The position numbers and the translations under genes are program-made. Positions 45,981 through 58,439 of a stretch of DNA of 64,000 nt are shown here, piece after piece (positions within the stretch are counted from its first letter, which is position 1; each line of letters opens with the position of its first letter). Source of the stretch: Octopus bimaculoides. Taxonomy: Eukaryota. Below the pieces are notes generated by a model. That model was not told the origin of the DNA. It ran no database searches and was given only the letters and a program-made list of their open reading frames with translations. The stretch covers positions 3,087,098 to 3,151,097 of the forward strand of contig NC_068999.1 in NCBI RefSeq assembly GCF_001194135.2, written 5' to 3'.

Positions 45981-48436
45981 CTGAAGTAGCCATCGTCAAG
46001 TTTGGTTGTCAGTTATTATTGGAATGACCGTGTCTTGTTTGTGTCACCTGCATCAATCCTGCTGCAGTTAAAACAAGCAGAAGCTGCTGCATTAACTGCA
46101 CAATATCTCGTCGTTCTGTAATGCAAGAGATGCCCTGTGTTCTGAGGCCAGCAATGTATTCCTCCAGCTTCCACATTTGGTACCAGCTTAACAACATTAT
46201 CACCAAATAGAAACAGCTTTTCTGGTCAAAGCTTTGTACATGCTAAAGGATAATATTTATACTGGAAACTATTTTTATTATTATTATTATTACTATTATA
46301 ATTATTATTGTTTGTCTTTGTTGTTGCATTGACAAGTTTACTTCCATGTGATTCTGTGTGTACAATCCCCACCACCACCATCATCATCATCATCATCATT
46401 GTCATCATAAATACAATCAGTAAAATATGTTTTAAGAATTATGCTTTATAAGCATGTGCAGCTAAATATATTTAATGTGTTGTTGATGTATATAATGTCT
46501 TCGTTTGATATATATATATGTGTGTGTGTATATAGAAAGGAAGAAGTGTGTGTGTGCATGTGATCAATAACTGCAAGAAGGATGGTATCGCATGTTACCC
46601 TGGAATGTATATTTTGATGAGATCTTGCAGTGAAAGGTTGTTGAAGCTTTCTTATAAAATTCCAAACAAGGAACCAACTAAGAATCTGGAGTAAAACTCT
46701 TAGAATTTCCAATTTATTTCTCTAAAGAAAAATGATACCTTTTTTTTTGCCTTTGTGAAAATGGTATCACTTTGAAATGTTTTATCTTTTGTTGTTTTAA
46801 TCAGAAATTAAATTTCAGTTGAGAATTATTCTTGAATTATAGAAGTTTGGTCCTCCAAACAAAATGGCAGAGTGACCTCTAGATTTATATAGCAAGGTGA
46901 CCTCTAAATAATATGGCAGGGTGACCACTAAATTATTGTCTTATTCTTTGGTATTTAAAACTAAAACTTTTTTTTTATATATAATTGTGAAATTGGATCA
47001 ATCTGGAAACTTGATTGTAGTATGGAATATTGATTTCAATGTAACTCTGGTATGAGCAATAAAGAAATGTATGTAACCCTGGAGGAGATTGGACGATGTA
47101 TGGATTTGTGCGAAGAATTAACCCAAGCCTCATTTAAAGAATTATCTAAATATTGCTTTCATAGAAATAATTAGGTTTAGGGTCAATCTGTGTAGTTCAA
47201 CAGTTTTCTAACTGAATTATTAATAATAATAATAATGATAAATCCATGCACTATTAACATTAGAGAAATCATTCCATGACCTTTGACCTTTGAAAATTTC
47301 ATGGTCCAATTACTCAGTGCCTTACACAAGAGTATTCTTCACTCAAACTTTGTTGCTAAATAAAAAAAAAAATTCTCTTCAATAAAATGAAGGACTGATG
47401 GTAGTCTTTTGGATCAACTGTGACTCAGAAGTTACTTTAGGCCTGAATAGATTATCTCTAAATGGATTAAGGAATATCTTTTAGTCTCTCTAAGTTAACT
47501 GTGTGTCCCTCCCCACTCTTTCTTTCTTTTTTTTTTTTTTTTTTTTGACATTGTAAACCTGCCTGAAAAACCAAGAGCTGCCTTTATATGTTACTAACCC
47601 CGAACTATAAGATCCTTGTCTTCAGCTACTTCAAAACCGTTTTTAAACTCACAATCTCTCTCAGCCACTGAGTATAAACTCCTGATTGGCTAGGGGTTAG
47701 GTTTGGTATGTGGAGTCACTTACGGAACTACTTTCGTCAGAGACTTAAAACTGAATCCTTGTTTCATTTGATTCCTGATTTTCTAATTAATTAGAGGAAA
47801 ATTGTCAGAATTATGTTGCTCTGTCTGTGGGACCCAGTACAAAACTTTAATCTGGGAACCAACATTAAACTCTCTCATTTAACCATTCCAAATATTTCCA
47901 TAAATCCTTTCAAAGTGTCTTGTGCTATCCTACTTTAGCACTGTCCATCTTCCAAGTGAAGACTATAATCAGTAGTAATACTGTTAAATTGCTGAAGACT
48001 AGGTGTTTGGATTTAATTATGTCACATATTTGGTGGTAATAACATTTCATTCCATCCAAACATTCCTTTAAATAGCTACACTTTGTAGAATACTTCTTTA
48101 GTTTTGTTAGAATCTTCAGAGCTGCGAAACGATATGGTTTATGCCAAGATTAACCAGACTAAATAGTGCAATGACCCTTCCAGTCCATCTGAAATACAGA
48201 AATTCCTATCTCAGAGGTGCCATCCTTTTTCACAGCCATCAGTTTGGACTCTGATGATTCGAATCTTCCTCTTCTTCAGAAGTCTGCCTGATACTTTTTA
48301 CCAATTTTTATGAGGCTCATTTAGATATGGTTGGGTTGTGTGTGTAAAGAAGCTGTCAGTTCTTACTGACCTGGCTGGAAGTCTGTGATAGAAACATTGA
48401 TTCTATCTCTTACCATTTCACTGTTACATCATAAGA

Positions 48437-48706
48437 CGAGGGTGAGTCAAAAAAATAATGCCATTTTGTTTGGGACAGGTATAATTACCAACACAGGAAC
48501 ATGTATCAGACATCAAAATGAAGCTGGTCCTCTGTGGATCACATCCCTACTTCTCAACATAGTCACCGTTTCTCTCAATAGCAATGTTGAGAAACAGGGA
48601 TGTGATCCATAGAGGACCAGCTTCATTTTGATGTATGATACATGTTCCTGTGTTGGTAATTATACCTGTCCTAAACAAAATGGCATTACTTTTTGACTCA
48701 CCCTCG
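48437..48706. mobile_element. Mariner-derived fold-back MITE (270 bp, ~124-bp inverted arms)
   Basis: Ends CGAGGGTGAGTCAAAA / TTTTGACTCACCCTCG+TA; arms differ at about 6 positions. Confidence 0.9.
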
Positions 48707-49049
48707 TACGTCTGTAGACATTTAAGGTACTTTCTGTCAGAAATCATTTTATATTTCTGTCATTATCAGAATTTTGCTATTGACTTCAGATAATATTTTA
48801 CTTTAAGTCAATTTTCTTGGTTAGAATATCTATATTAATGTCTTGTGTTATTTTCTGAAATAAGAAAAATGGTTTAGATTTCTATGGAATCCATTTGTCT
48901 TGAAATTCCTTTGCATAATGTCTGTGTGTCCACAGAGCAATGAATGATCTTCCATATTGGAAAGATGTGAGATTTATTTCTATAGATTCTAAAATTTGGT
49001 TCTTGTATTGTATAATGAGTCTATGGTAAATAGTATTTGCTACAAGTTC

Positions 49050-49400
49050 TCACATCTGCTGCCTACCAACTTCGTAATCCTTTTCCCCTATGAACGCTAC
49101 TGTAGAACAGGGCCTCAGCACACATTTTCCACTCCTCATGGTCCCTCTCAGCCAGTGTATCCCAGTTGAAGTTGCTGCAATAACTTCTGCATTTGGCTGT
49201 CTAGTTAAGGGCAGATTCTACTGATGGATAACCATTTTGGATGACTTACACCAGTTCTCTTTGGCTGAGTGCCAAACCCTTTGGAATCCAGAATCCGAGT
49301 AAGTCGTATCCAAAAGTCTGGAGGGGTGGGGGAATGCCATTAAGTTCTGTACCAGTCATGTCCTGAAGTAGAGTCAATTCGCTATAAGCTTCCATTACAA
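49050..49400 (-). mobile_element. Degraded RTE-like LINE 3' fragment
   Basis: Remnants ALN*TAKCR and NWDTLAERDHEEWKMCAEALF resemble the RTE C-terminus. Confidence 0.35.
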
Positions 49401-51288
49401 ATCTGTGGTCTCATACCAATGTGACAATAATTTTTACCCTTCTTTCATTTGTCATCGTTAAAAACGTTGGTTCTGTGGATATTTCAAACTGTGGAATTGG
49501 TTTCTAGAACGTTGTCACCATCATCATCACCATCATCATCACCACAAAGGTATCGCATTAATTCCTACTTAAATGTGCAATCATTTTATGCTTTACATTG
49601 TTGATGTGTTATGTGGTATCGTGGTGGCTGTACCATGTCCTACACTGTACCATATAGTGTATTGAACTGTGTCCTGTACTGTACCATGCTGTACCAAATA
49701 TATTGTTATTTATTCTTAGCTATTTGTCCTTGTATTTATTTATTTCTATAATTTATGGGTTAAGTGAACAATAGAATCAGTAGAGCATCTGTAAAATACT
49801 TTGTGGCATTGGTTGCATGCCTCGAAGTGCTGAGTTCAATTCCCATCCAGTTCCATTTTGCCTTCCATCCTTCCAAAATCAGAAAAATAAAAAAAAACTG
49901 GGGTTGATATAATTCCTTGTGCTCTAGAAGGTGGTGCCCCAGTATGGCCAGACCTGTGACTAAAATCAGTAAAAAAACAATAAAAGAATGTCTGTGTGTC
50001 TTTTACCATTGTGTGTGTGAGAGAGAAATGAAGAAATATTTTCTAGATGATAATAATGGTGGGAAAATATATTATTTTTCTGTTATAATCACCAGTTTTC
50101 ATCAATTTTACTTCAAACAACATTTTAAATACTCTCTTTCCTGTTGTTGGTGCCAAGCTTAGTATTTACCATTCCTCCATTCCAATGGAAGTTGTGAATG
50201 TCTTGAATATTCTTAAATTTCAAACTATTAACTGTCAACAGCCTTCTTTACCAAAATGACTTTCAAACAAACACCTATTTTCTTTTTCTTTTCTTTTTTT
50301 CCCCTGTTTTGTCATGGATGGAATTTGTGTGCATTTCTTTAATTTATTATGAATCTTTGAATCTTTTAAGGCAGGGAATGTTTTCCTTTGGTCAACCTCC
50401 TCTCTTTGCGTTCCTCTCATCCATGGACGTTTTCTTTCTTTGTCTGGTAATTTTCAACCAGATGTTCAGTATCGTTAATGATTTAACGATGATTTGAATT
50501 CCTCCAAGTCTGTTGGGGTCAGGTGTTTGAAATAAAGGCTTTGACTAAATCATAATAAACAACCCCATCCTATCCCTATGAGACACTGTGATTCAAGTGA
50601 TGTCTCCAAGCCAGATGAATTTATGACTCCTCTACCCCCCACTTCTCTTCTAAAGAATCTGGTTTTCTTTGCGACTACTTTGGCTGTAAAACTATTTTGA
50701 CGGGTCTTCCAGCCTGACCGTCAACAGATGATTGATGTGATTTAAATGCTGGTTTATATCTGACTTGATTTATGATTGATATCCCTGTCACATGTAAATG
50801 TGATTGACACATCAAAGCTTATGCTCAAAAGACATCAGCTGTTTTTGATATCCTTCAAAATTGTCCAAAAGAAATTAGCCATTAAATTAAGTCTGGAAGA
50901 TCAGCTTGCTTTGCCTTGGCACAAAATTTGGGTGAGAAGAAATGTTGGTTTGAGTCGTGTCTGTGATAAATGGAACATTCTTTGTGTGCCATTTTTAATG
51001 GAAGTTACTTCCTCTATGTACTTCCTGTCTGCATCACTTTGTCTTTAGTGAGCGGTTGCTGTGTGTTTGAAAGAGTAGAACCAGTGTGTGTGTGTGTGTG
51101 GTCCTGCTGTCTGTGTCAGAGGGGTTATACTGAGATACTGAGATCAAATACATGTTGAACAGAGTTATTTATGTTTCAACATCAGAAAACAGTGGTTTTA
51201 AGTTCAGTTCTTCTCGGATCTGTTTTATTTATTAAAATTTTTTTTTTGTTTTGTTTGGTTTTCAAATTCTATTCTTCACCATTATTAC

Positions 51289-51334
<46 letters not shown>

Positions 51335-51875
51335 GTTTGTTGCTCCTGTTTCCTGAGTTTATTTCACAACTAAACCACTTTATGTAAATATCTGATAATA
51401 AATTAAACCAGACATTTTCTAATTCTTATTAACGAATTTCTTGCCTCACTCACTGTTAATCAATCAATTATTTCTTTATCGGGATTTTTATATTTTATAA
51501 ATCCCAATTGCTGACTAAATCTCATTGGTTGCAGGTTTACTATGGACCATTCACTGGTTCACTACATTTCTCATGATGGGAATGTCCATAACTCAATACA
51601 GAACAAATATCTCAAGAGACTGTTTACAAGACACTTTTTTAATATTATTTTGTATTATTATTTCTAGGTGTTTATATCCTTCAGTGAAAGATATATAAAT
51701 AGAAATGTCAAATACAGCTCTAAATATACTGATAAATTAATCCCTGATCACATGCATATAGTTATTTTGGATTAACCAAAAGAGTGCCATAACCATTGTC
51801 TGGTGTCACAGTTAACTTGTCAACTACTACAAGATCATTCCCACTATTTGATATTAGTGTGTGTGTGTATATATA

Positions 51876-52672
51876 TTGGGTCATCCCATAAATAATTTTT
51901 CTTTTCAGTTGCATGAACTAAAAGCCGGAGGGGCATGGAATAAGCACCTGTTTGATTTTAACAGGTATTTCTTTTTCAAAGGTATAATGGAAGTGACAAA
52001 GGAGCATATTTGGCATATTTTGGTTTTTGAGTTCAATAAAGGTAACACTACAACGGAAAGTGCGAGGAATATTAATGCAGTATATGAGGATCAGACAATA
52101 AGCGTAAGCCAGTGGCAATGGTAGTTCCAGAAATTCCAAGCTGGAAACTGAGCCTTATCCTGGAAGATCTGTAGAGCTTGACGAGGACGTCCTGCAAACC
52201 CTGGTGGAACAAAATGCCATTGTAACTGTTGAGAAACTAGCAGAGAAGCTTGGATTTGGTCATTGAAGCCAGCGCAAGAAGTAAAACGACCATCTTTGGT
52301 TTCAAGATGAAAGGTGTTCTTCCATCAGGATAATGCTTGGCCACATACTGCGAGGCTGGAGCAGTTTGACTGGCAAATGATGCCCCACCCAACATATTCG
52401 CCGGACATTGTCCCATCGGATTATCATTTATTCTGCAGTTGTCAAAATCATTTGGACGGAAAAAATATGAATTCTGTAGACGAGGTCAGAACAGTACTGG
52501 AGGAGTGTTTTTGTATTTTGGAAGAGGGGCTTTGCAATATCTACCAGATAGATGGAAGAGCATTGTAGAAAATGAAGGAGAGTATATTTCAAATTAAAAA
52601 AGAACTTTATCTTAATTTTGTAAAATAAAAGAAGTATAAAAAAAAAACCACATTATTTATGAGATGACCCAA
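51876..52672 (+). mobile_element. Internally deleted mariner transposon (797 bp)
   Basis: TIRs TTGGGTCATCCCATAAATAAT / ATTATTTATGAGATGACCCAA with TA flanks; transposase remnants TESARNINAVY..WFQKF, HQDNAWPH, YSPDIVPSDYHLF. Confidence 0.92.
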
Positions 52673-52688
52673 TATATAATTGAAAACG

Positions 52689-52690
<2 letters not shown>

Positions 52691-52770
<80 letters not shown>
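52691..52770. repeat. (CA)n microsatellite
   Basis: Read directly. Confidence 0.97.
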
Positions 52771-52771
<1 letters not shown>

Positions 52772-53018
52772 GACACATAACACATCTTGACAATCTCTTC
52801 ACACCTGGGCCAGGGTGTTAATGAAATAGCATCAATGGGCAACAATCAAGACATTTTTACTGATAAATACACCAAATCAGAAAAAATATACAATCCATAT
52901 TTACTTGAGTCCTGTCGTAATAATGACATACACAATGACCAATAACTTGTTATACTGACCAACACTTGCTTCTGTCGTAACGATATACAGATGACTGATT
53001 GATACCTACTTCTGAAGA

Positions 53019-53141
53019 TAACACAGTACACTTCTATAATATACATCTGAGACATATCTTAACACAGTACACTTCTATAATATACATCTGTGACATGTCT
53101 TAACACAGTACACTTCTATAATATACATCTGTGACATGTCT
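53019..53141. repeat. 41-bp minisatellite, 3 copies
   Basis: TAACACAGTACACTTCTATAATATACATCTGTGACATGTCT at 53019, 53060 and 53101. Confidence 0.95.
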
Positions 53142-53394
53142 TAAACACTGTACAATTTAAAAAGTATAATACAAAACAATTCTTTTTCAACTTTTCAGCA
53201 GGTACAGAGCCATATTTTATAGGGAGTCAGCTTACATAGTCAAAGGAATTGACCCTGTTACATGACTGGTACTTTAAAAGACGGAGTCAAGTTTGGCAGG
53301 ATTTAAACTCAAAGCAGAGAAACAGAACTAAATTCTGAAAGACATTCTCTCCATGTCTTCTGATATTTCTGCCAACTCTTTTCCAAAACAAATA

Positions 53395-53610
53395 TTGGTT
53401 TCACATTTTGCTGCAAGATCAGTGATTTTGAGGGCGGGGGGAGTTCATTATATCGACCCGGTGCTCAACCGGTATTTATTTCATCAACTCTGAAAGGATG
53501 AAAGACAAAGTCAACCTCAGTGGAATTTGAACTCAGAATGTGAAAGCAGATGAAATACTATTAAGCATTTTGGCCAGCATGTTGATGATTCTACCAGCTT
53601 GCTGCCAGTT
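53395..53610 (-). mobile_element. SINE family A
   Basis: Reverse-complement consensus match. Confidence 0.78.
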
Positions 53611-53999
53611 TCTTTCAAAACAGGTATTGAGAATCATTTATTATTAAAGTTATCATCATCATCATTATTATAATTAGCTGACCATGTTCCGTCAATAATG
53701 ACAGCTAATTGTTGTATTTTATATACAAATAAGGTACAAAATAATCACACGCACAAACATTCACATACTTCCCTTGTATACGCATACACACATATACTCA
53801 CAAAGAGTTGAAATGCTGATTTTCTTCCCCCTCCCTTCCTTTCTCTCATTGCTATTACTTTCTCTCACTCCTCAATCAGGGCTATTACTCTCACTACTTC
53901 TCCTTTACTGAATTACTATTTTCTCTCCTCCTCCACATCCAGCTTGATTCTGGACAAATATATAAAAACGCTACACTCATTATTATATTAAGAGATGGT

Positions 54000-54330
54000 G
54001 GAATTATTGTTACTGCACCAAGCTAAGTGCTTAGTGGCATTTTGTCGATCTTCATGTCCTGAGAGGTTGACTTTCTCTTTCATCCTTTTGGTGTCAATAA
54101 AATAAATACCAGCATAGCACTGAAGTCAATGTAATTGACTTACCCCCTCCTCCAAAATGTCCTGCAGTGTTTGGTTCAATTCTTTATGTTTTAGGTTCAA
54201 ATCCCTCAGGGGTTAGCTTTACTTTTCATTCCTCTGGGGTTGATGAAATAAAATACCAGTGATGTACTGGGGTTAATTCAATTGCTCAATCCCTCTCCAC
54301 AAATTTATGGCTTTGTCCCTTTGCTTGAAG
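54000..54330 (+). mobile_element. Two degraded SINE family A copies
   Basis: Partial consensus matches. Confidence 0.65.
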
Positions 54331-54578
54331 TTATTACAGTCACAATTTTAGAAAATATAACAAATGATAAAGTCTCTTCTGTTTTGCAAATGTCTCTTTC
54401 AAATACAAAAATATACAGGAAATATATGTTTGTTTCACCAGTATTAACAACACACATGCATTTTATATACATACATGTATACATACATGCCAATGTACAC
54501 AGAAGTACGCACACACACAAACACACAGACATATATGTATGCATATATGTTTTATGTACATGTGTGTGTGTATATATA

Positions 54579-54758
54579 CCGTATTTTAATGTGTACAATG
54601 AACCCTCATGTATAAAGAAGCCCCTAATTTGTGGGGCTTAAAATTTGGAAAAAAGGGTTTTGTAAGGGATTATAATACTATCCATGTATAAGAAACACCC
54701 ATATTTTTTAAACCTAGTTTTGGACAAAAAAGGGTTTCTTATGCACATTAAAATACAG
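54579..54758. mobile_element. pogo/Tigger-like MITE
   Basis: TA|CCGTATTTTAATGTGTACAATGAACCC ... GGGTTTCTTATGCACATTAAAATACAG inverted ends. Confidence 0.7.
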
Positions 54759-54926
54759 TGTGTGTGTGTGTTACAAAATATAAGATTTAATGAAATCCTT
54801 TTGCAACTGGTGACAAAGATTTAAATTATACAAAGAAACACCAAAACCTTAAAAGAAATGGAAAAAAGATAGAGTTATACCTTAAGACTATCTACATACT
54901 TGGTCATTAAACTATACACACCATGA

Positions 54927-54960
<34 letters not shown>

Positions 54961-55187
54961 GATTGTTAAACTGTACTGATTCTAATCGTATACATCCTGT
55001 TATTAAACCATATAAACCTTATTATAAACCCTGTCATTAAAGACCTTACATCCTGTTGTGAAATTGTATGTAATCTGTGTATGTAGATATATATATGTGT
55101 GTGTGTGTGAGCATGTATGTATGTGTGAATGTATGTTTGTGTTTGTGTGTATGCTAGTAAAGTTTATATACATTCGTAAACTGCAAT

Positions 55188-55282
55188 TATCATTATTATT
55201 ATTATTATTATCATTATTATTATTATTATTATCATTATTATTATTATTATTATCATTATTATTATTATTATTATTATTATTT
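55188..55282. repeat. (ATT)n/(ATC) microsatellite
   Basis: Read directly. Confidence 0.95.
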
Positions 55283-55387
55283 TGGTCTGGCTCAGGTTCA
55301 GTCTTATTTCTGGTGGGATTTAAGTGAGTAGCGGGTTACTACCTGTAACCTTAGGGATCTGCAAGTTTTCAGCTTTGTTTCAAGTGC

Positions 55388-55427
<40 letters not shown>

Positions 55428-55477
55428 TGACAATAATAATAAATATTATTATTATTATTATCATTGTTATTATTAAA

Positions 55478-55710
55478 GCGGTGAGCTGGCAGAATCATTA
55501 GCATGCCGGGCGAAATGCTTAGTGGTATTTCGTCTGTTGCTACATTCTGGGTTCAAATTCTGCCAAAGTCATCTTTGCCTTTCATCCTTTCAGGCTTAAT
55601 AAATTAAGTACCAGTTGCATTCTGGGGATTGATGTAATTGACTGGTCCCCTCCCCAGAAATCTCAGGCCTTGTGCCTTCAGAAGAAAGGATTATTGTTAT
55701 TATTATTATT
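55478..55710 (+). mobile_element. SINE family A
   Basis: Family A consensus match. Confidence 0.82.
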
Positions 55711-56759
55711 ACAGAGGGTGGGCACTAAGCAGTGATAAGTAAAATTGCAATGTTATTACTAGTCTGAATTATTATTATTATTGTTATTATCTTCTTCTTT
55801 CAATTATTATTATTATTATTATTAAATGCTTTGAAATGCTAATGGTAGGCAGGAAGATCATTAATCTTTCTAGTGTATTAACTACTTGCACACGTGTGTG
55901 TATATACTTGACCACTAAATCCACAAGGTTTTTTTTTTATTCTCTCTCTTTATTTTCTCTTATTCCTTTCTGCTGAAGAGCAAAGGCTCGAAACATGAAA
56001 GACTTCCTCACTTTCCCGAGCATCAAACTAATACACCTGCTTGTTGTTCATACACCCGTCTTTGTCTTTTGTTTTTTCTGTAAATTTCAATTATGTACAT
56101 ATGTGTGTGTGTGTGTGTGTCTATATACATGTGTGTGTATGGTGTGTGTGTGTGTGTGTGTACACATACATACAACAGTAATGTTGTTTCTTGTACAGAA
56201 ATGAACAGACCCTACTCCATACACAATTTGTTTTTCCCAGTGTATAAGTTCACCGCATCTATTCTAGAATACAATTGCATAACTAGTGTTAAAGTATCTA
56301 AAACTCACCCACCAACCACCACCACACCCATTATCTCCCTGCCTGTCCGTTTTTCCAGCCATAAAACATAACCCTACCTTGATTTATTGGACAATCATGT
56401 TTAATAATAATAACCTGTAAAACTAACCAAAACATCACAAAAAATTCATTTTTGGATGTTTGCAAACTTAATATTTTACCAAAATTCTTTCATGGTCCAA
56501 TCAGACTAAAATTAAGATTATAAAAGATTGTTCTGTTGTTTTAGGGAAATAAATTAGAATCTTATTTAAGGTTGAAAATGGATAAAACCAGCAGTGTTTA
56601 AATGTAAAAAAAAAACTTTCTGGATTACTGTTTGAAGAAATCTTAACTTTGTCAAATATAAACATTCTTTCATTTAAGTTTAATTTTTTTTGCAAAGTAA
56701 TTTTAATAAAACTTCTTAGAATATTTTAACAGTAATCATTGTTTCAGTTATGATTTTGA

Positions 56760-56950
56760 TAACATTTCTTTAATATTTTAATGGTATCTCATTAAAAATA
56801 GCATCCCATTAATATTATAATATTTCTATAATATTTTAATATAATCTCATTAATATTTTAATGGCACCTCTTTAATATTTTAACAGCACCTCATTAATAT
56901 TTTAATGACACCACTTTAATATTTTGATAGCACCTCATTAATATTTTAAA
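56760..56950. repeat. Degenerate ~22-bp AT-rich minisatellite, about 8 copies
   Basis: Unit ~CATTAATATTTTAATGGCACCT. Confidence 0.85.
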
Positions 56951-57340
56951 CATTGAATAATGATAATGCTTCATAGTGATGCTACTGTGAACAGACCCCA
57001 CTCGCCCAAATAAGTGCATTTCTTTTTTATAAACTTCAAGGGGTTTATAAAACTGGTGCTTAAATGTGGGGTTCATAGCAATAACAGTGGATGCAAGACA
57101 AATTTCTCCTTGGATAGGATGCAGGTCTATTGCAGGTAACTTTCCCAAAGACCTGGTACCTATTCCCCAACAAGATATGTGGAACCATGTAGAAATAAGT
57201 GTCTTGCTCAGTGACACAACACAATGCCTGCAATCAGACATGAACTCACAACCTATGAGTTTGTAGTCTGATACCTCATCCACTTGACTATTTCATATCA
57301 ACTGTACAGCAGTCTAGAATTTCAAAACATTAAGTTAATA

Positions 57341-58439
57341 TCATAATTGAGTCATGGAGGCTTTAAAATGTGACATCTGGTTACTTGGGGTGTTGTAATC
57401 TCGTGGAGGAAGAGGGCAAGCTTGATGGCCCCTTGATGAAAGAGCTGGAGAATGGCTGAGTTCCAAGAGCCCTATAATTTTGTGAAGAGTTTTGTCCCTG
57501 TTCTTAGAAAATTTGTTTGTGGAGTGTAAATCTGATTGTGAGTTGTAATGTGATGTCGATGTGGAAGCGTAGGATAGTGTGCTCAGCGAACCGTGCACTG
57601 AATATGACGGTTCATCTGTTAAGTCTGAAAACTCTGAGCCCGTTGTGATATAGTCTGGGTGTGGCTCACTGGGAATATCACTGTCTGAGCTGATGTGTTC
57701 ATAATGATGTGTCACAACATTGCTGTAGATATGAGAACAATCAGAATCAGATTCATCAATGTTTTCTCTGAACAAATCCTTCAGGGAAGGATCATCAACA
57801 ATGTCGTAAAAGTTATTTGTCTGAGGTGAATCTGGTTTATCATACATCTCATATAAACTGTCCTTCGATGATGACACCATATTGGGAATCTCATACATAT
57901 TCTCATCTGATGCATCGTATAAACCACTGATACTTTTCGGATAGTTCCCTTTTAATATGCTTTTATCCGGTTTATCATAAATATTTCTACTCCATAATTT
58001 CTCTGATTCACTATCAGACGAGTCTTCGACATCTTCATATGTATGCTTTTCTTTGTTGCAGTTCAGTGTTGTCTGTGAGTCACTGTCGTCAGAGTGATAC
58101 AACATTCTCGCAGACTTCACAGGATGACGACTTTGGGTCTCCGTTTCTAAAGATTCTTTACTGTGTCGGCGAGTTCGTCTCTTGCTGACTGATAGCGTTG
58201 AAGTCTGGAATCCAGTGTCCGTTTCATCCGTTTGATTAGTTTTGCTCTCGTTACTATGACGACCTGAGTCAGAGTCAAACTCAAAAGTATGGTTAATTAT
58301 TGAGGCTCTGTTGCTTCTGGTAGAGTTTGAAGAATTTTCATGCTGACCATTAATATCTGTTGTGACTGTCAAGTCAGTAGAATCATACAACGAGCGATTT
58401 TTCTTGCACTTATGGACAATATGATGGTTTTTCATTTCT
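57341..58439 (-). CDS. Cadherin terminal exon, Ser/Asp/Tyr-rich cytoplasmic tail
   Basis: ttttgacag|A GAA ATG joins in frame to the 364-aa ORF 57341-58435; ends ...KASMTQL*. Confidence 0.88.

Noticed and set aside
32860-47710. Scattered TTAGGG/GGTTAGG-like words (e.g. ~32866, 36629, 36779, 43823, 47175, 47691)
   Set aside because: Single or degenerate units, not telomeric arrays. Probably fragments of an old dispersed element that I could not delimit.
53019-53141. 41-bp direct repeats as a CRISPR array
   Set aside because: Units are contiguous with no spacers, there are no cas genes, and the context is eukaryotic.
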